Virus record (IMG/VR): IMGVR_UViG_3300034093_001947
Origin: a virus
Lineage: Duplodnaviria > Heunggongvirae > Uroviricota > Caudoviricetes
Strand: one strand, 5' to 3'
DNA: 26,231 nt
The notes under the pieces were generated by a model, which was given only the letters and a program-made list of their open reading frames with translations, ran no database searches and was not told the origin of the DNA. This document shows positions 1 through 8,328 of this stretch, one piece after another. The position numbers were made by a program, and so were the translations under genes. The stretch's first letter is position 1, and each line of letters starts with the position of its first letter.

Positions 1-2
1 TA

Positions 3-686
3 ATGATAGCCAACGATGCTATTGTTGAAGGCGAAGAAACATTTACTGTCACTATCATTACTACTGGAACTTATGCTCCAGGTGCTGGATCCAATTACCT
101 GCGTGTTAATATAGCAGACGGTAACACTGAAGGCAGTGAAAGCGGACACATACATTTGATCAGTGAGAATATGGCACAGACCAGCATATTCCTGGGCAAC
201 GATGACAAGTATGTCAAAGTGGCCGCAGATGATCAAATATACATAAATGTGCCAAATGTTAATACTAGTGCTACTTCACAGTTGTGGACCTTTGCCGGGG
301 ATGGTAGTTTAACACTGCCTGATGGTGGAGACATTAAAAATAGTTCCGGTACTTCAGTGTTAACAGTAGTTACAGGACAAGAAACCTACGAGTTTGATGG
401 TGTTAATACTACGCTAACGATTACTAATGTTACATTCAACTTACTGTTCTGTACACCGGCTGGTGGTTATAGTGGCAGTGATGGTCATACTGTTTTATTG
501 CCTGCTGGAACTGCAGGACAACGATTAGTTATTGTCAACATCTCCAGTCTTTGTACATTAACTGTAGATGGGGCCGTTGACGGTGCGGTAACTGTTGCTC
601 CTGAGGGAACAGCAGAATTAATTTATCTTGTTAGTACCGTCGTTACAGGTTGGTGGCCTCTGTATGGAACAACTCTTGTTACTTAA
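3..686 (+). CDS. C-terminal part of a virion/tail-fibre protein with a Calx-beta-like segment (probably 5'-truncated by the window edge)
   Basis: IANDAIVEGEETFTVTI resembles the Calx-beta signature. It is Thr/Gly/Val-rich and carries the WTFxxDGxLxLP motif also found twice in 2585..4981. The frame is open to the window edge. Confidence 0.6.
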   Translation: MIANDAIVEGEETFTVTIITTGTYAPGAGSNYLRVNIADGNTEGSESGHIHLISENMAQTSIFLGNDDKYVKVAADDQIYINVPNVNTSATSQLWTFAGDGSLTLPDGGDIKNSSGTSVLTVVTGQETYEFDGVNTTLTITNVTFNLLFCTPAGGYSGSDGHTVLLPAGTAGQRLVIVNISSLCTLTVDGAVDGAVTVAPEGTAELIYLVSTVVTGWWPLYGTTLVT

Positions 687-703
687 AACGGTAAAATAAA
701 AGT

Positions 704-1411
704 ATGTCAATAACTATTAGATCAGCACAGACTATCAGCAACGGTGTTACACTGCGAGGTCACACGCCACCTCCACCTATTGTCACAGACGGCCTTATCG
801 CTCATCTAGATGCTGGCAATATAAACAGTTATCCAAGCCCGCAATCTGCCACATGGTTTGATATAAGTGGTCAAGGTGCTGATGCTTCATTAAATGGGAC
901 CGTGGGATTTGCTAACAGCGGTACTTCCAGTTACTTTATATTTGATGGCGACTCGGCAAATTGTATAACATCAAGCCTATCACAGAACTATCAAGATTGT
1001 ACACTGATATTTCAACCTGATTTCAGTTACAATGTAGGTGATGCTAATCTAGCATATGGACTAGGTGTTGATGCTGACCGTACCATGCGATTTGGTAATG
1101 CCGACGGATCAAGTCCATGGAGTATACAAAATCCAGGCAACAATGCTGATTGGGCATATCTAACAGCAACTAACTATTACTTAAACGGTACTGTTATTCC
1201 AGGAGCAGGGAATTTAGTCACAGGTTGGAATATACTAGGAGCCGCCAGAACCAATCAATCATGGGGATCTACTCCTTATGTATGGGGGAAAGGTTACATC
1301 AGTAGAGGATTCAAAGGCAAACTTGCTGTTATCCTACTTTACAATAGAGTGCTAACTGAAGCAGAACAACTACAGAACTATGCGGCTCTACGGGCAAGGT
1401 TCGGACTATGA
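704..1411 (+). CDS. Concanavalin A-like lectin/LamG-domain virion protein
   Basis: IVTDGLIAHLDAG..SYP..TWFDISG at the start and FKGKLAVILLYNRVLTEAEQLQNY at the end are typical of phage LamG_3-type domains. Confidence 0.75.
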   Translation: MSITIRSAQTISNGVTLRGHTPPPPIVTDGLIAHLDAGNINSYPSPQSATWFDISGQGADASLNGTVGFANSGTSSYFIFDGDSANCITSSLSQNYQDCTLIFQPDFSYNVGDANLAYGLGVDADRTMRFGNADGSSPWSIQNPGNNADWAYLTATNYYLNGTVIPGAGNLVTGWNILGAARTNQSWGSTPYVWGKGYISRGFKGKLAVILLYNRVLTEAEQLQNYAALRARFGL

Positions 1412-1416
1412 TAGGG

Positions 1417-1422
1417 TAAATA
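1417..1422 (+). promoter_or_regulatory. T4-like late promoter box TAAATA (representative of a recurrent motif)
   Basis: TAAATA also lies just upstream of starts at + 6069, 7276, 7656, 12751, 13109, 15664, 20084, 22179 and - 6020-6025, 12324-12329, 12667-12672, 20046-20051. Confidence 0.7.
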
Positions 1423-1428
1423 CACATT

Positions 1429-2571
1429 ATGACAGCAATAACATTTCCAACAACTGCCACAGTGGGCCAAAGTTATGTGGCTACCAACGCGGTAACCTAT
1501 GTATGGACCGGCAATCGTTGGTCTTCTAGTCAGGCAATCACTAACAATCAAGCAAAATACTATGTAGAAGGTGGCGATTCATCTTTTTCATATAACGAAA
1601 ACCTTGATGGTTTGTTAGACGGTGGCTTTTCCGACGGTGGAATGGGAGTTTTGTTAACTATAGTATCATCTTTCTTAACCATAGGCGGCTACGGTAATAA
1701 CGACGGAACTGTTACATACAATATTGACAGCACTGGGGCAACGGCAGCAGGCATTATTATTAATGGAATAACTGTAAATCATACACAGACAATTACCGGA
1801 ACTTTTGCCCAAGGCAACAACACAGTAAGTTGGAGTGGCTACGATATAGATAATCCACTATGGGGACAGATGGCATCTGTCACAGCCTATGTTGTGGACA
1901 GCAATGGCTATACATTCTACGCACTAGTTGAAGACCTGTGGGATATTCCATATGGTCCATGTCTAATAGCAGGCACAATGATGTCCTTGGCCAACGGCAC
2001 ACAAAAGAAAATTGAAGACATTACCTATGATGATGTATTAACAGTATGGAACTTTGATCTCGGTGAACTATCAGAAGCACGACCACTATGGGTCAAGCGT
2101 AAGCAAACATCATCAGCATATACTTTATTAAAGTTCAGCGACGGTACAGAATTACGTACTGTTGGACATCACATATTCAACAAACAAGCAGGCCAGTTTA
2201 CCAAGATTATCACAGATGACACACCAGTGGGCACAGTCACAGTCAACGAGCAAGGTCAAGAGATTACCATAGTCAGCAAAGAACTGGTAAAAGATGTTGT
2301 GGACTATTACAACATTTGGACACAGTATCACTTGAATGCCTATGCCAACGGAGTATTAACTGGTAACAGATACTGTAACATCTACCCTGTGGTAGATATG
2401 AAGTATGTAAAGGATGATAGAGCACTGCGTTCTGTAGAAGAATTTGCGGGCATTGACAGCAAGTATATCTCGGGTATGAGATTACAAGAACAGGTATTCG
2501 ATCTAGCGTTTATACAAACAATGGTAGATAGAATAGAAACATTAGACAGCCATGCTGTCACAACAGCATAA
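1429..2571 (+). CDS. Virion-associated protein with a C-terminal Hint (intein-like) domain
   Basis: N-terminal FPxxxxxGxxYxxxNxxTYxWxGxxW module shared with 6097..7278. Hint domain starts CLIAGTMMSLANG..KKIEDI. Confidence 0.8.
   Translation: MTAITFPTTATVGQSYVATNAVTYVWTGNRWSSSQAITNNQAKYYVEGGDSSFSYNENLDGLLDGGFSDGGMGVLLTIVSSFLTIGGYGNNDGTVTYNIDSTGATAAGIIINGITVNHTQTITGTFAQGNNTVSWSGYDIDNPLWGQMASVTAYVVDSNGYTFYALVEDLWDIPYGPCLIAGTMMSLANGTQKKIEDITYDDVLTVWNFDLGELSEARPLWVKRKQTSSAYTLLKFSDGTELRTVGHHIFNKQAGQFTKIITDDTPVGTVTVNEQGQEITIVSKELVKDVVDYYNIWTQYHLNAYANGVLTGNRYCNIYPVVDMKYVKDDRALRSVEEFAGIDSKYISGMRLQEQVFDLAFIQTMVDRIETLDSHAVTTA
1960..2367 (+). other. Hint domain (136 aa, no endonuclease)
   Basis: Block A Cys1 (CLIAGT, codon 1960). 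Block B TVGHH (TxxH). Block F/G VDYYNIWT..HLNAYANGVLTGN with terminal Asn at 2365-2367. The +1 residue is Arg. Confidence 0.8.
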
Positions 2572-2584
2572 TCGGAGCAGATAA

Positions 2585-4981
2585 ATGACAACAAGAATCA
2601 AACTACGTAGAGATACAGCCGCTAATTGGACTACTAACGATCCAGTATTGGCCTTGGGTGAAGCAGGCTATGACACTACCAATAATGAACTGAGAGTAGG
2701 TGACGGTACTACGGTATGGAGCGGATTAGAATCTATTGGCGGCACTGGTGATAAAATAACAGCAGAGAAAACTTATTCAGACAATTACAATGACGGTAGT
2801 GAACACACTTTCGCCTATACCACTGGATCTATTGCTGTACAGATGGGGAATGATAACGGACTGTATCTCAATGATCTGTTGTCAAGATGGGTGGAGTATT
2901 TTGATGGCAATCTTGCCTTTCCCTATAATTACAGCAACATCAACCTAGTGATAAATCCCGGCACTGATGATCTCGCATCAACAGTGACCAATGTAATCTC
3001 TAGTGGTAATCCACCATTGTACACCATAACACTGGGCACAGCACACCCAGAGCCTATAACAATAGATGACATTGATTTTAATTACACCTACGTTAACACC
3101 ATTGGGTTGGACATAGTTAACGGTGATGGTGAAAGTAACAGTTACTTTGGCATGGCTACCGGTGACGATGATATAACTATTCGTTCAGGAAGAGATATTA
3201 CGTTAGACGCCGCAGACGATGTTTACATATCAGGAGGCAATGAATTTCAGTTAACACTTGTAAACCAAGATGACATGAGTGCCAGTAGCGGAATTGATAT
3301 TCGCACAGAGACCACATCAACTGACTACACATGGACATTTAGGTTTGATGGCAGTCTAGAACTACCGGAAGGCTTGACTCTGCCAACTAAAAATAACAAG
3401 GGCTATGATGTCACTACCAACCTTAACGCACCAACACTACAGTTAAGCAACGACAGTCAAAACCAAGTTATCGTCACAGGACCAACAGCTACAGAAAACA
3501 ACACCAATGCTCAACGTATTGTGATCCAAGGCCAGCGTGGCTACGGCTCAACCAGCACCACAGGTGAAGGCGGCGATGTTTATATCTGGGGAGGAGTTGG
3601 CGGTGAAACCAACAGTAACAGTAATGGATGGGGCCAAGGTGGCGGCAGTGGTGGTGATATTAAACTACGCGGTGGCGAAGGCCTTAACGACACAGGTGGT
3701 TATGTTAGGATTGAAGGTGGCAATGTTGCTCACTTTAACACTTCTACCACAGGCAATCCTGGATTTGTGGAAATCACCGGCGGTGATGTAGTCATTGAGA
3801 ATGCCGCAGGCAGTAGTTATGGTGGCGATGTTAGAATCACAGGCGGTCGTGCTTACACAGCAACCACACAGTCTGGAGTTGTACAGGTAATCACAGGCGG
3901 CTACGCCAATGGTGATGTTCTTGGTGCCAATACTTGGACGTTTGCTAACGATGGTACTCTAACAGTACCGGGCGATATCCTTGACAGTGAAGGCGTTAGT
4001 GTATATATCGACACAGCGGATAGTCAATGGATTGTCGACCCAACTAATACGGGCACATACACCGCTGATGGCAGTTTACACAAACCTTTCAAAACTATCG
4101 CGTCGGCATTGGCCTATATTGAAGCAAGGATTGCTGATACTAGTTTAGTAATTGACATAAACGGTTCTATCGTTGATAACCCACAGTTTATTTTCCTAAT
4201 GAGTTCTATCACAGAGGATGTGGCGTTGACTCGTGGAAATATTTTTATCCGTAGCGAAACTCCCGATGCTGGCCATGTACCTATTTGGATTGAGGGACAT
4301 GTTACTATTACTCCGGCAAACACCGGCACAAACGCTATAAACGTTAATAGATTTGGCCTATTTAATATTGCCGTACGTACAACCAGTTCGAATCACGGTA
4401 TCGAGTTAACTGGATCTAATCCAGCAAAACTTTACCTAGACGATGTATACTGTTATCAAAACGATGCCACCAAGAGTTGTGTTTATGCGGATAACACTGG
4501 CACAGGTAGCAGAGTGGAAATGAATGATTGTCACATGGCTAGAGCCGGTGGCTCTGTATATCTAATAGATATCCAACGTGGATTTTGTATTATAAACAAT
4601 CTCGAAACTAACGGTACGGGACAAGTACTTAACCAAGCAAACGATTCATTAGGAACTATGCTGAGAAGTTCATTGGATGCCAACACTGGCTCCGTTATTA
4701 CCCTAAGTGGTTCAGTACAATGGGGTATGGGTGAAGTTATTCTTAACAACACTGGAGCAGGGGCCGATACTCACGGTGTTACTATGAGTGACTCGGCAAC
4801 CATGCAGTTTGGTGTGTGTACATTTAACATACCAGTTGGAGATGGTTCAAATCGTGCTATCAACGGTACTGGTACAAACACGGTACTGTATGCTGATCCA
4901 ATATTCCAATATGGTTCAACTAACAAGATATCAACTGAGATTACATTAGTTCCGTTGACTAAAACGTTTACAGCGGTATAA
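2585..4981 (+). CDS. Tail fibre/tailspike with Mtd N-terminal-like domain, Gly-rich repeats and C-terminal beta-helix-like region
   Basis: MTTRIKLRRDTAANWTTNDPVLALGEAGYDTTNNELRVGDG is an Mtd_N-like anchor. It contains GGDVxIxGG repeats and DGSLHKPFKTIASAL, a motif that precedes pectin-lyase-like beta-helices. Confidence 0.75.
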   Translation: MTTRIKLRRDTAANWTTNDPVLALGEAGYDTTNNELRVGDGTTVWSGLESIGGTGDKITAEKTYSDNYNDGSEHTFAYTTGSIAVQMGNDNGLYLNDLLSRWVEYFDGNLAFPYNYSNINLVINPGTDDLASTVTNVISSGNPPLYTITLGTAHPEPITIDDIDFNYTYVNTIGLDIVNGDGESNSYFGMATGDDDITIRSGRDITLDAADDVYISGGNEFQLTLVNQDDMSASSGIDIRTETTSTDYTWTFRFDGSLELPEGLTLPTKNNKGYDVTTNLNAPTLQLSNDSQNQVIVTGPTATENNTNAQRIVIQGQRGYGSTSTTGEGGDVYIWGGVGGETNSNSNGWGQGGGSGGDIKLRGGEGLNDTGGYVRIEGGNVAHFNTSTTGNPGFVEITGGDVVIENAAGSSYGGDVRITGGRAYTATTQSGVVQVITGGYANGDVLGANTWTFANDGTLTVPGDILDSEGVSVYIDTADSQWIVDPTNTGTYTADGSLHKPFKTIASALAYIEARIADTSLVIDINGSIVDNPQFIFLMSSITEDVALTRGNIFIRSETPDAGHVPIWIEGHVTITPANTGTNAINVNRFGLFNIAVRTTSSNHGIELTGSNPAKLYLDDVYCYQNDATKSCVYADNTGTGSRVEMNDCHMARAGGSVYLIDIQRGFCIINNLETNGTGQVLNQANDSLGTMLRSSLDANTGSVITLSGSVQWGMGEVILNNTGAGADTHGVTMSDSATMQFGVCTFNIPVGDGSNRAINGTGTNTVLYADPIFQYGSTNKISTEITLVPLTKTFTAV

Positions 4982-4983
4982 GT

Positions 4984-5574
4984 TTAACGTATACCCTGCT
5001 CACGCAGTTTCACACAAGTATCGCACTTTCCACAAGGTGCGATATTTTTTTCACTATACACTGGACGCCGGCACGACCAAAACATGTTACGCAAACCTTC
5101 TGGTAACATATCATATATCTCACGCTTGGTCATTTCAAGCACAGGATATATTTTCTCCACAGGAGTAAATGCCGCAAGTATAGCATTGGCCCGTTTGCGA
5201 CGGTCTTCTAATGCGTGGTTATGATCATTGGCCTGCATACCCATGGCGACTCGTACAATGCGGGGATTAACACTGCAAATATAGCCAGCAAAGAAGTTGA
5301 TGCTGTCTGTGTCATACATGAACTGCCCATTGTAGGGCTGTGAACCTATTTCGCTTTCACTGTAGATAAAACTGTGGCCCATGCTTTCTAATTCTTTAAG
5401 CACACGATCAACAACTACGGCTTCGGCACGATCTCTGTGTTCTACATTGTGATGGTGTATGTGATGTATGTGTAGCACATAGTCTTTATACTCAGGATCT
5501 GTGAGTAACTTATATATCATACCCAGGCTGTCTAGGCCACCTGAATACATGGCTAGGATTATCGGTTGTTCCAT
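4984..5574 (-). CDS. Divergent QueC-like (7-cyano-7-deazaguanine synthase-like) PP-loop ATPase with Zn site
   Basis: PP-loop YSGGLDS, TKREI, and C-terminal WSC...PCGKCDTC..R. Canonical QueC YGQRH, VPxRN and YPDC motifs are absent. Confidence 0.7.
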   Translation of the reverse strand: MEQPIILAMYSGGLDSLGMIYKLLTDPEYKDYVLHIHHIHHHNVEHRDRAEAVVVDRVLKELESMGHSFIYSESEIGSQPYNGQFMYDTDSINFFAGYICSVNPRIVRVAMGMQANDHNHALEDRRKRANAILAAFTPVEKIYPVLEMTKREIYDMLPEGLRNMFWSCRRPVYSEKNIAPCGKCDTCVKLREQGIR

Positions 5575-6014
5575 ATGTAAAATGTATAAACTTTGTTGAT
5601 GGGGTGTTCTTGTGGAACAGGTGTTAGTTCGTGTGCTCTAGGGAAATATTGAGCATACTTCGTGGGCCAGTTGGGATTAAGAAAACTACGAGCGATAAAA
5701 CGATCACAATTTGGTAAAACTTTTGATATCAATTGGGCACAAGTTTCTTTATCAAATATAGTTAACCCGCCATCTATGATGACAGTATCCCAATGCTGAT
5801 CTAGCGTAAACCAATCTCTGGACTGGATTTTAGGGTCATCATATACTGGATTTACATCCCACGCTTCTGTACACAACGGCAATAGTAACTTAGTGCTACC
5901 CAACAGTAATACACGGCCCGTACAATAGTTAGAAAATACAGAATAATCGTCTTGATTTGGTGCCGCCGGCCACGTTAATCCAGTCCAATATTCTTTATCT
6001 GCGTGTATATTCAT
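5559..6014 (-). CDS. Small class I SAM-methyltransferase-like Rossmann protein
   Basis: RVLLLGST (motif I-like), WDVNP (motif II acidic), RDWF, WDTVIIDGGL (motif IV-like). Overlaps the QueC-like start by 16 nt. Confidence 0.45.
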   Translation of the reverse strand: MNIHADKEYWTGLTWPAAPNQDDYSVFSNYCTGRVLLLGSTKLLLPLCTEAWDVNPVYDDPKIQSRDWFTLDQHWDTVIIDGGLTIFDKETCAQLISKVLPNCDRFIARSFLNPNWPTKYAQYFPRAHELTPVPQEHPINKVYTFYIWNNR

Positions 6015-6096
6015 GTGAATATTTAACAGCCCACAGCCGATTGAGAAATAATTCTGTTTGAGTTAAGGTAAATATAGCTAAACAGGATATTTCACT

Positions 6097-7278
6097 ATGG
6101 CTTTAAGTTTTCCACCAGATCCAGAACCGGGCGACACTTATGTAGCACCTAACGGCTACACCTACACCTGGGACGGCACCAAATGGTACGTCAGCAGCAG
6201 CGGCACGAGTGCCGGCGGCACAAGCCCTATTACCATTAAAGACGAAGGAGTAGCAGTCAACACACAGACTACTACCATTAACTTTATCGGTGCTGCTATC
6301 ACAGCAACTACTACTGGTAGCCAAGTTAACATCACTGTTTCTGCACAAGAATTAACCACTGCTACAACTAGTACATTGGGCGGAGTTAAGATTGGTTCAG
6401 GAATTAATATTACCAGTAGCGGAACTATCAGTGTTCGTGAAGGACTACAATATTGGACAGAAAGTAAAACTGTAGTAGACAGCAGTCAAACAGCAGTGGT
6501 CAGCCTAATTGTAACCGGTACACAGACCAACATTGATGCAGTGCTAAAAGCACAGGGATTAGGTGCTGTTGCCAACGATGATGCAGGAAATAAGCGTGGT
6601 GAATACGCAGTTGACTGGCAACGAATTAGAAGTACTACAGATCAAGTAGCCAGTGGTAACTACTCTGTTATCGCGGGTGGCAGCTTTAATCAGGCCACGG
6701 GATTACACAGTGTAGTTACTGGAGGTAATAATAACACTGCTGATGCAGACTATGCATTGGTATTAGGTGGTGTTAACGGTAATGCTAGAGGCATCAAAGG
6801 TGCTGTGATTGTTCCGCATTATGCCACAGGTGGACAGAGCAATTCAAGTGGCAAAATTCAAACAGGGCATTACCTACTAGGTGGTGATACTGTACTCAGT
6901 GCTAGTCCTGTGGATTTGACCACAGACAGTTCGGGTAACATAGATGCAACTAATCAGATTACTTTAGTTGACAATTCGGCAATTTACTTTTCAGGCACAG
7001 TTATTGCAAAAGAACTGTATCCTACAGCAAATCCAGAAATTGTAGTTTGGGACCTAAAAGGCACAGTGTATAGAAATACAGGTAACAGCACTACTAACTT
7101 ACTGTCAATTGTGAACCCAACAATTATTAGTGGCAATACTTCAACTACTTGGCAACTCAGTGTGTCCACTGAAAACAATATTGGATGCCTACTGGTACAG
7201 GTACAAGGCCCTAGCGATAAACAAATTCGTTGGGTAGCTAAGATAGAAACTATTGAAGTAGCCGACTCAGGGATGTAA
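6097..7278 (+). CDS. Tail fibre protein with adhesin-head (YadA/Hep_Hag-like) repeats
   Basis: N-terminal FPPDPEPGDTYVAPNGYTYTWDGTKW module, TATTSTLGGVKIG motif, and periodic ASGNYSVIAGG / ATGLHSVVTGG / ADADYALVLGG repeats. AGGA SD upstream. Confidence 0.7.
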   Translation: MALSFPPDPEPGDTYVAPNGYTYTWDGTKWYVSSSGTSAGGTSPITIKDEGVAVNTQTTTINFIGAAITATTTGSQVNITVSAQELTTATTSTLGGVKIGSGINITSSGTISVREGLQYWTESKTVVDSSQTAVVSLIVTGTQTNIDAVLKAQGLGAVANDDAGNKRGEYAVDWQRIRSTTDQVASGNYSVIAGGSFNQATGLHSVVTGGNNNTADADYALVLGGVNGNARGIKGAVIVPHYATGGQSNSSGKIQTGHYLLGGDTVLSASPVDLTTDSSGNIDATNQITLVDNSAIYFSGTVIAKELYPTANPEIVVWDLKGTVYRNTGNSTTNLLSIVNPTIISGNTSTTWQLSVSTENNIGCLLVQVQGPSDKQIRWVAKIETIEVADSGM

Positions 7279-7286
7279 ATAACGTT

Positions 7287-7658
7287 ATGGAATTCTTAAA
7301 ATCTCTAACTAAAAAACCTGTTAAGGAAAGTATCAGCTATGAAGATGCTCTGCTAGCACGTTTGGAAAAAGAAGCTGATCGTGCAGCCAACATAGACAAA
7401 ATTGACACTGTGACTTTAGATGTTCCTTTGTTAATCCGTGTGTTTGAACTAGTGCGAGAAGATGTAAAAACAGATATGGATCTACATAATCTTGTTGAAC
7501 GTATGCTCAGTATCAAAGACAAAGGTGTGTTGACCATGGACGATTATGAAACTATCAGTTCAGCACAGGCCAGTGCAGATACTGGACAGCAGCCCAAACC
7601 TACAGATGAAAATATAGATGTTAGCATGATTCGTATGCTAGCAGGACTAAAGAAATAA
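7287..7658 (+). CDS. Hypothetical protein (possible head-associated; ends IRMLAGLKK)
   Basis: 123-aa ORF with TAAATA box 5 nt upstream of the ATG. Confidence 0.7.
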   Translation: MEFLKSLTKKPVKESISYEDALLARLEKEADRAANIDKIDTVTLDVPLLIRVFELVREDVKTDMDLHNLVERMLSIKDKGVLTMDDYETISSAQASADTGQQPKPTDENIDVSMIRMLAGLKK

Positions 7659-7701
7659 ATACCAAGTCTAAGAACAATACAGGTCTTAGCAAAAGGAAAA
7701 T

Positions 7702-8010
7702 ATGTTATCAAAACCAACCGGAAACACAGGGTTATATCCCCTAACAACAAGCACAGGAACTGTTAATGTTGCTACATTATTATCAGGACCAGAATACACA
7801 TCGGCTAAATTGCCAGCAACTAAAGTACGTGTAGCAGTAACACAACCAGCAGTAATTAATTTTGGAACTAATGTAGCTGATAACAACAGCGATATTCTAG
7901 TACCAGCAGGACACGTAGAACATTTCGCTATGCAGGCAACTACTACAGTAACTTATGTTCTGTTATCTGGAGCTAGTGCAGGTTATATTTCAATTACTCC
8001 AGTCGCATAA
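7702..8010 (+). CDS. Hypothetical small beta-rich virion protein
   Basis: 102-aa ORF, AAAGGA SD, TAAATA at 7656-7661, Thr/Ala/Val-rich. Confidence 0.7.
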   Translation: MLSKPTGNTGLYPLTTSTGTVNVATLLSGPEYTSAKLPATKVRVAVTQPAVINFGTNVADNNSDILVPAGHVEHFAMQATTTVTYVLLSGASAGYISITPVA

Positions 8011-8021
8011 GGAACAACAAC

Positions 8022-8324
8022 ATGAAAGCAAGTGAAATTTTAAGAGGTCTAGCTGATCTTATTGACAAGGCCAGTGCTACAAGTACTGATCAAACTAGTT
8101 CCCAAATCATGCCTATTCAAGAGCCAACTACTGCTGGGCAAACACCTACAATGGTTCCTCCACTACAGGCCAAATTAGAAATTCTAAAGAAAAGTGTGGG
8201 ACTAGATAATCATTACGATAATGAGTGCGGTGAGCCAGACGAAGTAGAGCAACTAAAGAAACACGCAGGTATCAACATTGTAGCACAGCAAGAAGCTGGT
8301 GAAGACAACGATTTCTTAGGATAA
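8022..8324 (+). CDS. Hypothetical protein (MKASEIL N-terminus)
   Basis: 100-aa ORF with AAGGA SD and LKKxxG(L/I) motifs. Confidence 0.7.
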   Translation: MKASEILRGLADLIDKASATSTDQTSSQIMPIQEPTTAGQTPTMVPPLQAKLEILKKSVGLDNHYDNECGEPDEVEQLKKHAGINIVAQQEAGEDNDFLG

Positions 8325-8328
8325 GCAG

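Noticed and set aside
1960-2367. Mobile splicing intein
   Set aside because: No homing endonuclease, +1 residue is Arg, penultimate is Gly, and the host protein is not a conserved enzyme.
4971-4998. Hairpin GGTATA/TATACC between convergent stops
   Set aside because: Weak AT-rich stem without a U-tract, so it is not supportable as a terminator.
4984-5574. Complete 7-deazaguanine DNA-modification system
   Set aside because: No folE, queD, queE or dpdA in the window, and canonical QueC substrate motifs are missing.
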